64,000 nucleotides of DNA from Candidatus Obscuribacterales bacterium (GTDB lineage Bacteria > Cyanobacteriota > Vampirovibrionia > Obscuribacterales > Obscuribacteraceae). The stretch is from NCBI GenBank assembly GCA_965228855.1, contig CBDDIJ010000003.1, positions 3,456,001 through 3,520,000 of the forward strand, in the 5' to 3' direction. The notes under the pieces are model-generated. The model did no database searches and had not been told where the DNA came from. It was given only the letters and a program-made list of their open reading frames with translations. The translations under genes and the position numbers were made by a program. Numbering within the stretch: the stretch's first letter is position 1; the number at the start of each line of letters is the position of its first letter. Below, one piece after another: positions 49,526 through 58,683 of this stretch.

Positions 49526-51007
49526 CTAACCCCCATCTCCCGTCTTATTCCTGATTTTGGACAGGGGCTTTCCCAGCGCACGAGCGATAAACTCACCAGG
49601 TCTGGCTTGAGCAGCTTGCTTCCAGTGTTTGACGCGAAAACGGAGGGAATTGGAATAGGTCATTTCGTACAAGCTCCGCTCAAACGCGTCAATCAACGCT
49701 TGCAGGTCGGTAGCGAGAGTTTCCGGCTGACCGGGATATAGTGAAGCACGTCTGTCCTCAAATAATTTGCGTGCTGTTTCATAAAGCTCCACGGTTTCAC
49801 TTGTAGTTTGCTCGACGCTGAACTTTTCGAGAGCTCGCATCCTTGCATTTGCACCGAATTGTTTTCGAGCATCCTCATTAGTGACAAGTTTTGTAAGCGC
49901 CTCAGCTAGAGCCTCACTTTCGGCAGGCGGAACAACAAGTCCGCACTCGCCATTCAACGCATACTCCTTGGCGCCACCAGCTGCGGTGACCACCACCGGC
50001 TTTCCGCAAGACATGGCCTCGATAACGGTCATCGGCGCATTGTCATACAAAGACGGTAGAACACAAATATCGGCGGCGCGATAATAGTCCGGCATCTGCG
50101 CCAGGGGAACTCCCTGGACGAACAATACACTGCCCTCACACGCATTCTCTCTGAGCCGGGTCTGAAGTTCCTCGAGAACTGAACCATTTCCGGATTCTGT
50201 CTTTGTGTCTTTGCCTACTAAAACGAACTGAACTTTTCTACCGCTCACTGCTTTTAAAACTAAAGGCACAGCATCAATCAGATGATGCACACCCTTTCGC
50301 TGCTCCAGCCGGCCGACAAACAAAATTTTGACGGCATCGCGGTCAAGATCAGCAACTGGTCCCTCCGGTGTAAATTTGTGAACGTCAACCGGATTGCGCA
50401 CGATCCGAATTCGGTCAAGAGGTAGGTTCAAATCTTTGGCGACATATTCAGCGAGGTCTTCACTGGGAGAGACTAAAACATTCGCGGAGATCATCGCGAC
50501 TCGTTCCATCGCAGTTAAGATGCGATGATCGAACGTTGGCTGGAAATTGTGAAATTTCTCTTTCACTAACTTCGAGTGTGGCGTATGGAGCCGGATGACC
50601 AGAGGCACCACGCCCGCCAGTGAAGGCAGTAATCCCTCAGCAAAATGCTCCGGACATTCGAGCACATCAAACGCCTGTTGCCTGTGAAGCTCCAAGAATT
50701 TTGTCCATAAACCGGTCGTCTCTTCCAGCATTGGACGCGTAACCGGCAGGCAGAAGTTGAAGAATCCCATGTTTACGGCCATGCGCGTGGATGGGACTCG
50801 ATGCACGAATGGCTCGCCGTTACCCCCACGCAGAGGTGCGTCATTGGCGGAAGAACTCAGAGAAACAACATGAACGTCATGTCCTTGCGCAGTCAGACCG
50901 CGCGCGAGATGGTGCGTAAATGTTCCAATTCCGCCCCAGCCCGTTTCCGGTGGATATTCGCGCGAGATCAAGCAGACTCTCATGTGCGCAAGTCTACTGC
51001 CCCTCAC
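49526..51007 (-). CDS. glycosyltransferase family 4
   Basis: EYPPETGWGGIG, FVGRLEQRKG and LPSLYDNAPMTVIEAMSCG. Confidence 0.92.
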   Translation of the reverse strand: MRGSRLAHMRVCLISREYPPETGWGGIGTFTHHLARGLTAQGHDVHVVSLSSSANDAPLRGGNGEPFVHRVPSTRMAVNMGFFNFCLPVTRPMLEETTGLWTKFLELHRQQAFDVLECPEHFAEGLLPSLAGVVPLVIRLHTPHSKLVKEKFHNFQPTFDHRILTAMERVAMISANVLVSPSEDLAEYVAKDLNLPLDRIRIVRNPVDVHKFTPEGPVADLDRDAVKILFVGRLEQRKGVHHLIDAVPLVLKAVSGRKVQFVLVGKDTKTESGNGSVLEELQTRLRENACEGSVLFVQGVPLAQMPDYYRAADICVLPSLYDNAPMTVIEAMSCGKPVVVTAAGGAKEYALNGECGLVVPPAESEALAEALTKLVTNEDARKQFGANARMRALEKFSVEQTTSETVELYETARKLFEDRRASLYPGQPETLATDLQALIDAFERSLYEMTYSNSLRFRVKHWKQAAQARPGEFIARALGKPLSKIRNKTGDGG

Positions 51008-51090
51008 CGCATGCAGCTTGAATTCTTTCTTATATAGGCGAAACCCTTCATTGCCGAAACGACACCATAGTTATCACGCGCCGAAAACCG

Positions 51091-52197
51091 CTACTTTTTG
51101 AAGTCTCTGTTAAGGTTCACAGGCTCGACTTTGCCGCCGCCAGTGGATTGAAGTGCTCTAATTCGGGCCTCGGCGGCTGCATAATATTCCTTTTTTCGAC
51201 GTTCGAAATCTTCTTTGAGAAACTTTTTCTTACTCTCGGCTTCTTCGGTCAATGTGTTCATCTCAATCGCTCTAGTCCTGCTGTCACTGTTTTGTATATT
51301 GGTCAGTGCAGCCTCGAGATCCTCCTGAATTTGCCTGATGGAATTGTTGACCCGCAGCTCATCATGACTAACGCGCGCATCAACCTCATCAACAACGAGT
51401 TTACGCTGTTCTGCCATTTTCTCTTCTGCGATTGTTCTCAACCGGGTTTTTCTGCTGGTTTTTGCGAGTTGTTCAACCTCTCGAACCAACTCGGTTTCAG
51501 AAATAATATTTTGAAATTCTCTATAAGGCTCCCCGAGATTAGCAACCAGCAATACTGTGGGACAGGTCCTCAACGCATACTTCTCTATTAATGCGGCCGA
51601 CTTCGCATCGCCGGTTTTAGCCATTAATCGAATAAACTCAATTCGATCTCCAAATTTAGAGTAGAGGTCTGTTAGAGTGAGATCGACGCTGTGACACTTC
51701 GGGCAGCCGCATAGCAATGCCACCACCTGGGGTATCTGATCCACACGTACCTTTTCGATTTTTTCATGCTCTGAATTTTTGGACGAAGATTTTTTTGTTC
51801 CAACCTTCACCGAAGCCGCTGGGGGTTTAGCAGATGGATTTGCAGTGGCAACCGCTCCCGGCGCTTCTCCGCCCTCAAGTGATTTAAGAGCCGTTTCGGA
51901 ATACTTTCCTAACTGCCCAGAGGGATCCAGAGCCATAGTCAACTTATATTCACGAATTGCATCAGCCTTCAAATTCAACTTCACCAATGCACTGGCCATG
52001 TAATAGTGAAGCATCGGATTGTCGGACTCCGTAGATTTTGCCTGATTAAAAACGCCGAGAGATTCCATATACTTGCCCTTGTTGTAGAGCGCAATACCCT
52101 CATTGAGAGCAGCACTTGCGGCAAAGGCACTGCCACTGCTCATGCAAAGTACAGTCAAAAGGAGAGCTGCTATCGAACCTTTTACATTCATGGTCAA
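51091..52197 (-). CDS. secreted TPR + thioredoxin-like + coiled-coil protein
   Basis: Signal peptide, TPR pair, CGCPKC and later TCPT (cis-Pro-like loop), C-terminal coiled coil. Confidence 0.7.
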   Translation of the reverse strand: MTMNVKGSIAALLLTVLCMSSGSAFAASAALNEGIALYNKGKYMESLGVFNQAKSTESDNPMLHYYMASALVKLNLKADAIREYKLTMALDPSGQLGKYSETALKSLEGGEAPGAVATANPSAKPPAASVKVGTKKSSSKNSEHEKIEKVRVDQIPQVVALLCGCPKCHSVDLTLTDLYSKFGDRIEFIRLMAKTGDAKSAALIEKYALRTCPTVLLVANLGEPYREFQNIISETELVREVEQLAKTSRKTRLRTIAEEKMAEQRKLVVDEVDARVSHDELRVNNSIRQIQEDLEAALTNIQNSDSRTRAIEMNTLTEEAESKKKFLKEDFERRKKEYYAAAEARIRALQSTGGGKVEPVNLNRDFKK

Positions 52198-53975
52198 TCC
52201 GTATCCTTCGGCTTCGGCACCGGATATGGTGTGTCAGTGGGGGTGTTATCGGCTTCAAGTTCAATTTTACTCAACAGCAAGGACGGGCAAATTACCGTTC
52301 GCAAATACCCGTTCCACAATGTAGTGGTAATAGGCTCGACATCAGACCCCGCGCAGATAATATCCTGCAAGCTCGGCTTGTATAGCTGTTTAAATTTCAA
52401 ACCGCGAACTCGACGTTCCTCACCTGTAGTTGTTGAAACCATAATCGCTTCTATGGGCTCCTCCCCTTCCAGACTGGAGTCACGCGCAGACGAGGTGGAA
52501 CCTTGAAGAAACAACGGCGTACTGGGGCGAATACGCCGAATTACCAGGTATTCGGGCAATCCATGTTCCTTTGCAATACTAAGCATCTTATCGCGAAGTT
52601 GTTTTTCCGAGATCGCTTTCTCCGCATCAACTATTATCGTGGACGGAGCAGCGCCGACAAAATCATGGCCATTACTATGCTTCCCTGGCAAGACCGGACT
52701 GCGCGTACTCAAAAAATCTTTCAGAAAACCGCGCTCGATCATCGTGACCTTCTGACAGACAACCCCTTCGGAGTCGACGGTGTAAGAACCGCTGGTGGGG
52801 ACGCCTTTAAATTCGCTCAAGTCAGGATTGTCGCTTATCGTAATGAAACCCGGCATCACTTTTGAATTTAGTGACCTCAAAAATGTGCCCTGCGGATGAA
52901 GATTGTCACCCTTCACCGCGCATAGAAGCGGAGCGACATTTCTTATCGTGAATTCAGCTGTCGGCTGAGCTTCAAGCAAAACGGGACCGAGATAGTAATC
53001 CTTTATTGGGGCGGCAGCATGTTTCACAATTCGCTCGGACAAATTTGTGGCGCGCGCTTCGAGATCGTCCATAGAAGGCAATTTATCGAAGTCGACAACC
53101 GATATGCTGTCCGAGTCCCAGAGTTCCTCACCATCGGGGCACCGCGCGAATGCCACCATGCCTAATTTTATGGAAATCCAATGGTCGCGAACGGTCGTTC
53201 CCTCGCTATTCACGATACGTCTTGTGGTTTCAAGCACCTGGAGAGATACCCAGGACTCGCGCACTCCCTCAGGTTTATTAACGAGCAAAGAAAGCTTTTT
53301 GATTTTTTCCTTCCATTCATCCGGCACCACCACCGGTGCACCAATCGGTTTCACAACCGTAACCGGCGGCTCCTTGCTAAAGCTCTCACACAAATTCGGA
53401 ATACTGTGCTGTTGCCTGTATGAAACCAGGTTATCAAAAACCTCCGTAGCGCTCTTATACGCCTCATCGGTTGCATTCCACAGTGCCCTGCGAATAACGG
53501 GGTAGTTGTCATCCAGACAAGTTTCACGCCAGGTGAAGTTGGACGAGTGATCGCCATTTACATCGGCCGTATCGTCAAATTTGTAATCCCCTACACGCAC
53601 ATCGGCCCAGACTGTTCGCTGTTTGTCTTCCCAGTCGTAAATCGGCGACCCGTTGTTGCATGCATAGCTGTATTTGTATTCATCGCTGGCACGATAGTTT
53701 ATAAAATAGGGCGCCGGCTTTTTCGGCAACTTAAGTTCCTTCATGGATCGATTCAGCTCATCGCGCATCGCCCTAATTACGACATCTTTGTCAGCGTCCT
53801 CTGACTCGCCTGCTGCCTGTTTTTTCTCCTGCTCGGACTTCAAATCGCCTGAGCCATTTTTGCTTTCGATGCCAATTTCACCGCCGGTCCCGACGCGGTC
53901 AGTCGCAGCCAGAGCAACCTCAGGCACGCTCAAGCAATTGAGAAAAAGCATCAACGATAAGAAAAACCGCTTCAT
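52194..53975 (-). CDS. TldD/PmbA family protein (PmbA-like, no HExxH), secreted
   Basis: AMRDELNRS, VRVGDY, YLGPVLLE, VDSEGV, SNGH and PSLLL; signal peptide. Confidence 0.8.
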   Translation of the reverse strand: MKRFFLSLMLFLNCLSVPEVALAATDRVGTGGEIGIESKNGSGDLKSEQEKKQAAGESEDADKDVVIRAMRDELNRSMKELKLPKKPAPYFINYRASDEYKYSYACNNGSPIYDWEDKQRTVWADVRVGDYKFDDTADVNGDHSSNFTWRETCLDDNYPVIRRALWNATDEAYKSATEVFDNLVSYRQQHSIPNLCESFSKEPPVTVVKPIGAPVVVPDEWKEKIKKLSLLVNKPEGVRESWVSLQVLETTRRIVNSEGTTVRDHWISIKLGMVAFARCPDGEELWDSDSISVVDFDKLPSMDDLEARATNLSERIVKHAAAPIKDYYLGPVLLEAQPTAEFTIRNVAPLLCAVKGDNLHPQGTFLRSLNSKVMPGFITISDNPDLSEFKGVPTSGSYTVDSEGVVCQKVTMIERGFLKDFLSTRSPVLPGKHSNGHDFVGAAPSTIIVDAEKAISEKQLRDKMLSIAKEHGLPEYLVIRRIRPSTPLFLQGSTSSARDSSLEGEEPIEAIMVSTTTGEERRVRGLKFKQLYKPSLQDIICAGSDVEPITTTLWNGYLRTVICPSLLLSKIELEADNTPTDTPYPVPKPKDTD

Positions 53976-53988
53976 ATCAATTCCTCAG

Positions 53989-55872
53989 TCAGTCGAGCGC
54001 CGGCGGTGGCAAAATAGGTTTGACGTTTTTTCCGGCGTGAGTTCTTTCGACTTCAAGCCCATCGATCAGAATCGATGGCGCACAATTTGATTGAGGTACC
54101 CAGCCTGATTCGGCGCCACACGAGCCGTTAAACACTCCAACGTTGTCGGAGGTCTCGACTATACGTTCCAACGCCGCCATAGGCGTTCCGATAATCCGAA
54201 CGCTCCGAACCAATTCGTCCGGGCGGCCATCCGCATAGACTTTGCGCACCAGACTCGGTCGCAAATTAAATGTCTGAGGATTGAAATCCGAGGTGTTGGT
54301 TTCACCGGAAACCACCTCATCGACAATTAGACCATAAGGCTTGTTACGCTTCTTCAGCTCAGCCACCAGGTCCTTCTTCAACTGGTCTTCGGATACTTGT
54401 TTAGCCGAGTCGACAATCAAATTCGCCATGCGTGCTACCGTCGGATAGCTCGCACCCGGTTGACAGCGACCATGCCCGTTTGACTTCGGAAATTCCGGAA
54501 CAGGAGTTCTACCTACCAGAAAAGTTTTGAGAACGCCTTTATCAACTAGAGTAACATTCTTTGCCGGTACTCCATCGTCGTCGATTTGATAGTGACCGAC
54601 CAGAGCCTGATTTCTTACGCGCGGTTGTAGCGGACGGTCGTAGACAGAGATGAATGAAGGCAAAATCTGCTTGCCGAGCATGTTCTCGAATGTCTTACCC
54701 TCGTACAATCTTCTCAACCGATGCGCCTCGAGACGATGCCCTAGCGCCTCATGAAAGAGGACAGCCGCAGCTCTGTTATTCAAAATTGCCGGACCATAGT
54801 ATACCTCCGCAGGCGCGGCCTTCTTCAAAGCGACCAGGCTGTTGGCGATGCGCTTTGTCTCGCTCTCGAATTCAGCATAACGATCTTGAACCTTATCGGG
54901 ATTGTCTAAAAACAACTGCGATTCCAAGCGCAAGAGCTCGCCATCATCGGCGGTGGCATTGGCACCCGTAATGAAAAATGCACTCAATGAATGATCGGCG
55001 ACCGATGTTCCTTCAGTGTTTACGAAGTAGCGGTTATAACGGTCGACAGAAAACCGGACCCATGCCGATTCCAATGATTGAAACGGTTTGTACAGTAACG
55101 ACAATTTGCGAACAATCTGTTCCATCCTATCTAAATCAAAAGATGGTGATACCACAGCGGAAACGTTCTTCGTGGCGTTCTCGCTGCTGAAGTCATCACA
55201 TGGCACGTCATCCGAGGTCAACCCTTGCTCGGCGACTACTCTGCCATAGCGCTCCGCCGCAATGCGATATTGCTTCTCTGTCTCCAACCAGAGATTAGTG
55301 CGCAGATTAAGCGGGTTTCCATCGATAATCACGCAATGCTCGCGAAAACTGTTATCGCTTACCGAATCCGAGCCTGTGGAATGGCTGCTATCCAATTTTG
55401 GCGTTCCGACTCGAACTTCGACCTGGATATAGCGGTCGCGTACCTTGTCCTTACGCGTATACAACGCACCGTAGCAGGCCGAAACTTCCGAATTCTCAGA
55501 ATCCGAGGCACGATAAGCCAGAAAGTATGCAGGTGGGTTCGCGTTCTTCAACTTGCTGAAGTTGCGCTGCAACTCCTTTTCCATGATTTGCAAAATTCGT
55601 TTATCTTCTTCGGCTTGCTCGGGTGAGATCTGTGGAGGCGCATCAGTCGCAGTTTCCGCGCTCTTAGCCGGCACGTCGATTGGACTGGCGGGAGCCGGCG
55701 TCGAATTAGTCGGCGATGGTGCTCCACTTATCCGGGCCTTCATGCCCCGTCCGTGCGTCGCAATGCCCGCTCCGTTTCCCCGAGCAGGCGTCGCACGGCC
55801 CGGACCCGGCACGATTACCTGAATAACGGTTAGAACGAGCGCACACCAAAACGCTGCTAGTCGCTGAAACAC
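53989..55872 (-). CDS. TldD family metalloprotease, secreted
   Basis: FHEALGHRLE, DDDGV, SNGHGR, ARMANL and GSCGAESGWVP. Likely GTG start at 55872 after AAGGA, giving a signal peptide. Confidence 0.88.
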   Translation of the reverse strand: MFQRLAAFWCALVLTVIQVIVPGPGRATPARGNGAGIATHGRGMKARISGAPSPTNSTPAPASPIDVPAKSAETATDAPPQISPEQAEEDKRILQIMEKELQRNFSKLKNANPPAYFLAYRASDSENSEVSACYGALYTRKDKVRDRYIQVEVRVGTPKLDSSHSTGSDSVSDNSFREHCVIIDGNPLNLRTNLWLETEKQYRIAAERYGRVVAEQGLTSDDVPCDDFSSENATKNVSAVVSPSFDLDRMEQIVRKLSLLYKPFQSLESAWVRFSVDRYNRYFVNTEGTSVADHSLSAFFITGANATADDGELLRLESQLFLDNPDKVQDRYAEFESETKRIANSLVALKKAAPAEVYYGPAILNNRAAAVLFHEALGHRLEAHRLRRLYEGKTFENMLGKQILPSFISVYDRPLQPRVRNQALVGHYQIDDDGVPAKNVTLVDKGVLKTFLVGRTPVPEFPKSNGHGRCQPGASYPTVARMANLIVDSAKQVSEDQLKKDLVAELKKRNKPYGLIVDEVVSGETNTSDFNPQTFNLRPSLVRKVYADGRPDELVRSVRIIGTPMAALERIVETSDNVGVFNGSCGAESGWVPQSNCAPSILIDGLEVERTHAGKNVKPILPPPALD

Positions 55873-56209
55873 AGGGTTTTCCTTCTCCCAAACCGATTCG
55901 GTCGACTCGAGCAAGCGCCGAAAACCGAATGAACAACTATAGAGTTCCACGAAATAAGTAAGAACAATCGCCTATATTGATTACCTGCCATCCGGCACCA
56001 ACGGTTTACGGTCCAGAGCCGCGCCGAAACCAGGCTGGCAGAGCCGTAGCAGCTAGACCTTGCAAGCCCGGTAAACCGGTTGGCAACCCCTATCATAATT
56101 AATCCACCGCAAAACAGCAAAACCGCTTCTCTCACAACTAGATGAACTGCTATATGCTATGCTGAGCGCCCCGCAAAACCATGCCAATTCCTGATGGAGA
56201 CACTCTCTT

Positions 56210-57367
56210 TTGAGAGATAGTGCAGAAATTCTTGACCTTTTCGAGAACGCTAATGGAAGCGGCCGCAAGATGGTTCTGGCAACTGTCGTAGCCGTCAGCG
56301 GCTCAGCCTACAGAAGGCCAGGCGCCCATCTCCTGCTCGTCGACGACGGGCGGCAAGCCGGTTCAATCAGCGCAGGCTGCCTGGAGAATGATTTGATCGC
56401 GCGTGGCACTCAGCTGTTCGAATCATCCGAATGCTTGTTACTCGAGTACGAGAATGACGAGTTCTTCGGACTCAATTATGGCTGTGACGGAACCATCCTC
56501 GTCTTCGTCCAACCATTAAGCAGGTCGAGCTGCAATTACCCGACGGTCATAACCCGGGTTCAGGAAACTGCAAAAACAGCTCTACTCGCTACTGTTTTTG
56601 ACTCCGACGATGTCTCACAGATAGGAAAACAATTCCTGTTTGAGATCACAAACAATCGCGTATCGAGCATCAACGCATCCGCAAATGATGAACTGTTTGC
56701 CGAAATTGCCGCATGTGCTCTTAACGTAGTTGACTTGAATAGCAACCAGAATATTGAGTTCAACAAAGCTTCGACTAAAGTCTTTTTTGAATTAATCAAA
56801 CCCAAAATCCGTTTAGCCATATTCGGGGCTGGTGATGATGTGATACCACTGTTGAACATTGCAAAATTAGTCGGCATCGAGACACACGTTTTAGACAGTC
56901 GTCGTTCGTACCTCGACAGATTCGCTACCAGAGCAAATATTCATTATTACGACCAGAATTCTCGCGTTGAATCATTTTGCGACGCTCCGGAACGGACAGC
57001 CGCAATTGTAATGAGTCACAACTTTGAACTGGATAAGCGATTCCTCTCCGCTGTGCTTGGCAGCAACTGTGCATTCATCGGTGTCATGGGTTCGAGAAAA
57101 CGCACCCAGAAGTTGTTGATGGAACTCGGTGCGGAAAAACAAAGAGAGCGAATAAAATTTCCCGTCGGACTGGATATCGGTGCAGAGACACCGGAAGAAA
57201 TAGCACTTTCTATTTGCAGCGAGGTTCTGGCATTTTTCCGGGAAGCCAGTGGAAAGCCGCTAAACACTGTTGAAGGAACCATTCACCATCGAATAGAAAC
57301 GGAAACTCGGTATCAAAGTTCAGAGAAACGCTCGGCATACTGCACCATGGGTGATACCAATGTCTAA
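56210..57367 (+). CDS. XdhC/CoxI family Moco insertion chaperone
   Basis: GSAYRRPGA, GSISAGCLE, GLNYGCDG, IFGAGDD, MSHNFELD and PVGLDIGAETPEEIALSI. Confidence 0.93.
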   Translation: MRDSAEILDLFENANGSGRKMVLATVVAVSGSAYRRPGAHLLLVDDGRQAGSISAGCLENDLIARGTQLFESSECLLLEYENDEFFGLNYGCDGTILVFVQPLSRSSCNYPTVITRVQETAKTALLATVFDSDDVSQIGKQFLFEITNNRVSSINASANDELFAEIAACALNVVDLNSNQNIEFNKASTKVFFELIKPKIRLAIFGAGDDVIPLLNIAKLVGIETHVLDSRRSYLDRFATRANIHYYDQNSRVESFCDAPERTAAIVMSHNFELDKRFLSAVLGSNCAFIGVMGSRKRTQKLLMELGAEKQRERIKFPVGLDIGAETPEEIALSICSEVLAFFREASGKPLNTVEGTIHHRIETETRYQSSEKRSAYCTMGDTNV

Positions 57368-58013
57368 AACTGCGATTGCCATTCTCGCTGCAGGCAAAGG
57401 CAGCAGGATGAACAGTCATAAACAACTGGCACTGTTTCAAGGCGAGACACTTTTGTCACGAGCAGTTCGGATAGCGAACGATAGCGGTGTCGGTGATGTA
57501 AATGTTGTCCTCGGATATCGAGCAGACGAATTAGCCGCCCACGTCGGCATGGATGCCACCATAGTCTTCAACGATCACTGGGAAGAAGGCATCGCTTCTT
57601 CTATCAGGGCAGCAGTAACGGAATTGAAAGCGGCAAACTACGATGCCGTTCTGTTCACAACAGTTGATCAGCCGTTCGTAAGCGAAGAACATTTGCGAAT
57701 GCTGAATGACCAATTCAAAACCGGCAAACACGAGGTCGTTTCATCAGGCTACGGAACACCAAAAACTATGGGCATTCCAGCAATATTTTCAAAATCTTTG
57801 TTCGATCAACTTTTGCAATTGCATGGAGATCGAGGAGCTAAACAGATTTTGGCATCAGCTAACGCAATGTGCGTTGATACACCGTTGGCGCGCTTCGACA
57901 TAGATACGCCAAATGATTTGGAAGAGTGCAGAGCGGAAGCGGAAAAGAACTACTCGCAGAATTTGAGCCTGACCATTTCCACGGAAATAGATAGCCCGGC
58001 ATTCTCAAGCTAA
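57360..58013 (+). CDS. molybdenum cofactor cytidylyltransferase (MocA-like)
   Basis: ILAAGKGSRM..KQL, WEEGIASSI, DQP, GDRGAK and DIDTP; overlaps xdhC. Confidence 0.88.
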   Translation: MSKTAIAILAAGKGSRMNSHKQLALFQGETLLSRAVRIANDSGVGDVNVVLGYRADELAAHVGMDATIVFNDHWEEGIASSIRAAVTELKAANYDAVLFTTVDQPFVSEEHLRMLNDQFKTGKHEVVSSGYGTPKTMGIPAIFSKSLFDQLLQLHGDRGAKQILASANAMCVDTPLARFDIDTPNDLEECRAEAEKNYSQNLSLTISTEIDSPAFSS

Positions 58014-58200
58014 AGGCGAAAAGATATATTGTGAAACACACTACACGCCCTAGTTTGTAGTGTTTCAGTACGAATTTAATGGATCAATTTATTGAACTCA
58101 AATCCATCTAAACTTAGTCCCTGTCAGGCTCAAAGCAGTATAATTGACCCATCGCTGCCGCGAGTGCAGCACTGATTGCCAATGGACTGGAGATTTAGAC

Positions 58201-58542
58201 ATGCCTGAAGTCAAGACTGAAAAGTACCTTTTATATAGTCTGCAAGTGCTGAAGAACATGCAGGATGACATGGAAACGCTGACCAGTCATGATGCAAAAG
58301 CAGATCCGGAAGTTCTCGGAGATATCTTGGACGAGATCATCTCTCGCTGCCTCGTTCCTGCTTTACAACAACTCGGTATCGAAGATCCGATTGACGAAAT
58401 CATGACCGAAGCGATTGATCCGAGCGACATCCTCGAAGCCGAGCTCGAGCGCATCACTGACGAACTCGATGATGAAGAGTACGAAGAAGAAGAGGAAGAA
58501 GAGGAAGAAGAAGCACTCGCCGGCGCACGCCGCAAGCGCTAA
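58201..58542 (+). CDS. small acidic protein with poly-Glu tail
   Basis: GGAGA RBS and ATG at 58201; ends DDEEYEEEEEEEEEEALAGARRKR. Confidence 0.7.
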   Translation: MPEVKTEKYLLYSLQVLKNMQDDMETLTSHDAKADPEVLGDILDEIISRCLVPALQQLGIEDPIDEIMTEAIDPSDILEAELERITDELDDEEYEEEEEEEEEEALAGARRKR

Positions 58543-58683
58543 AAACCGCTGGCACGGGTCTACCCGCGCTTCTTACCTAAATATTTCTCATCTCTGGGTT
58601 TCGCCGACATTTAACGTTGGCGAAGCCCTTTGTTTTTGAGCCAGGATGTTTAAATCTGTCTTGTACGTTGAGAAACGCCGGAC

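Noticed and set aside
58470..58513. GAA/GAG microsatellite
   Set aside because: Simply encodes the poly-Glu tail.
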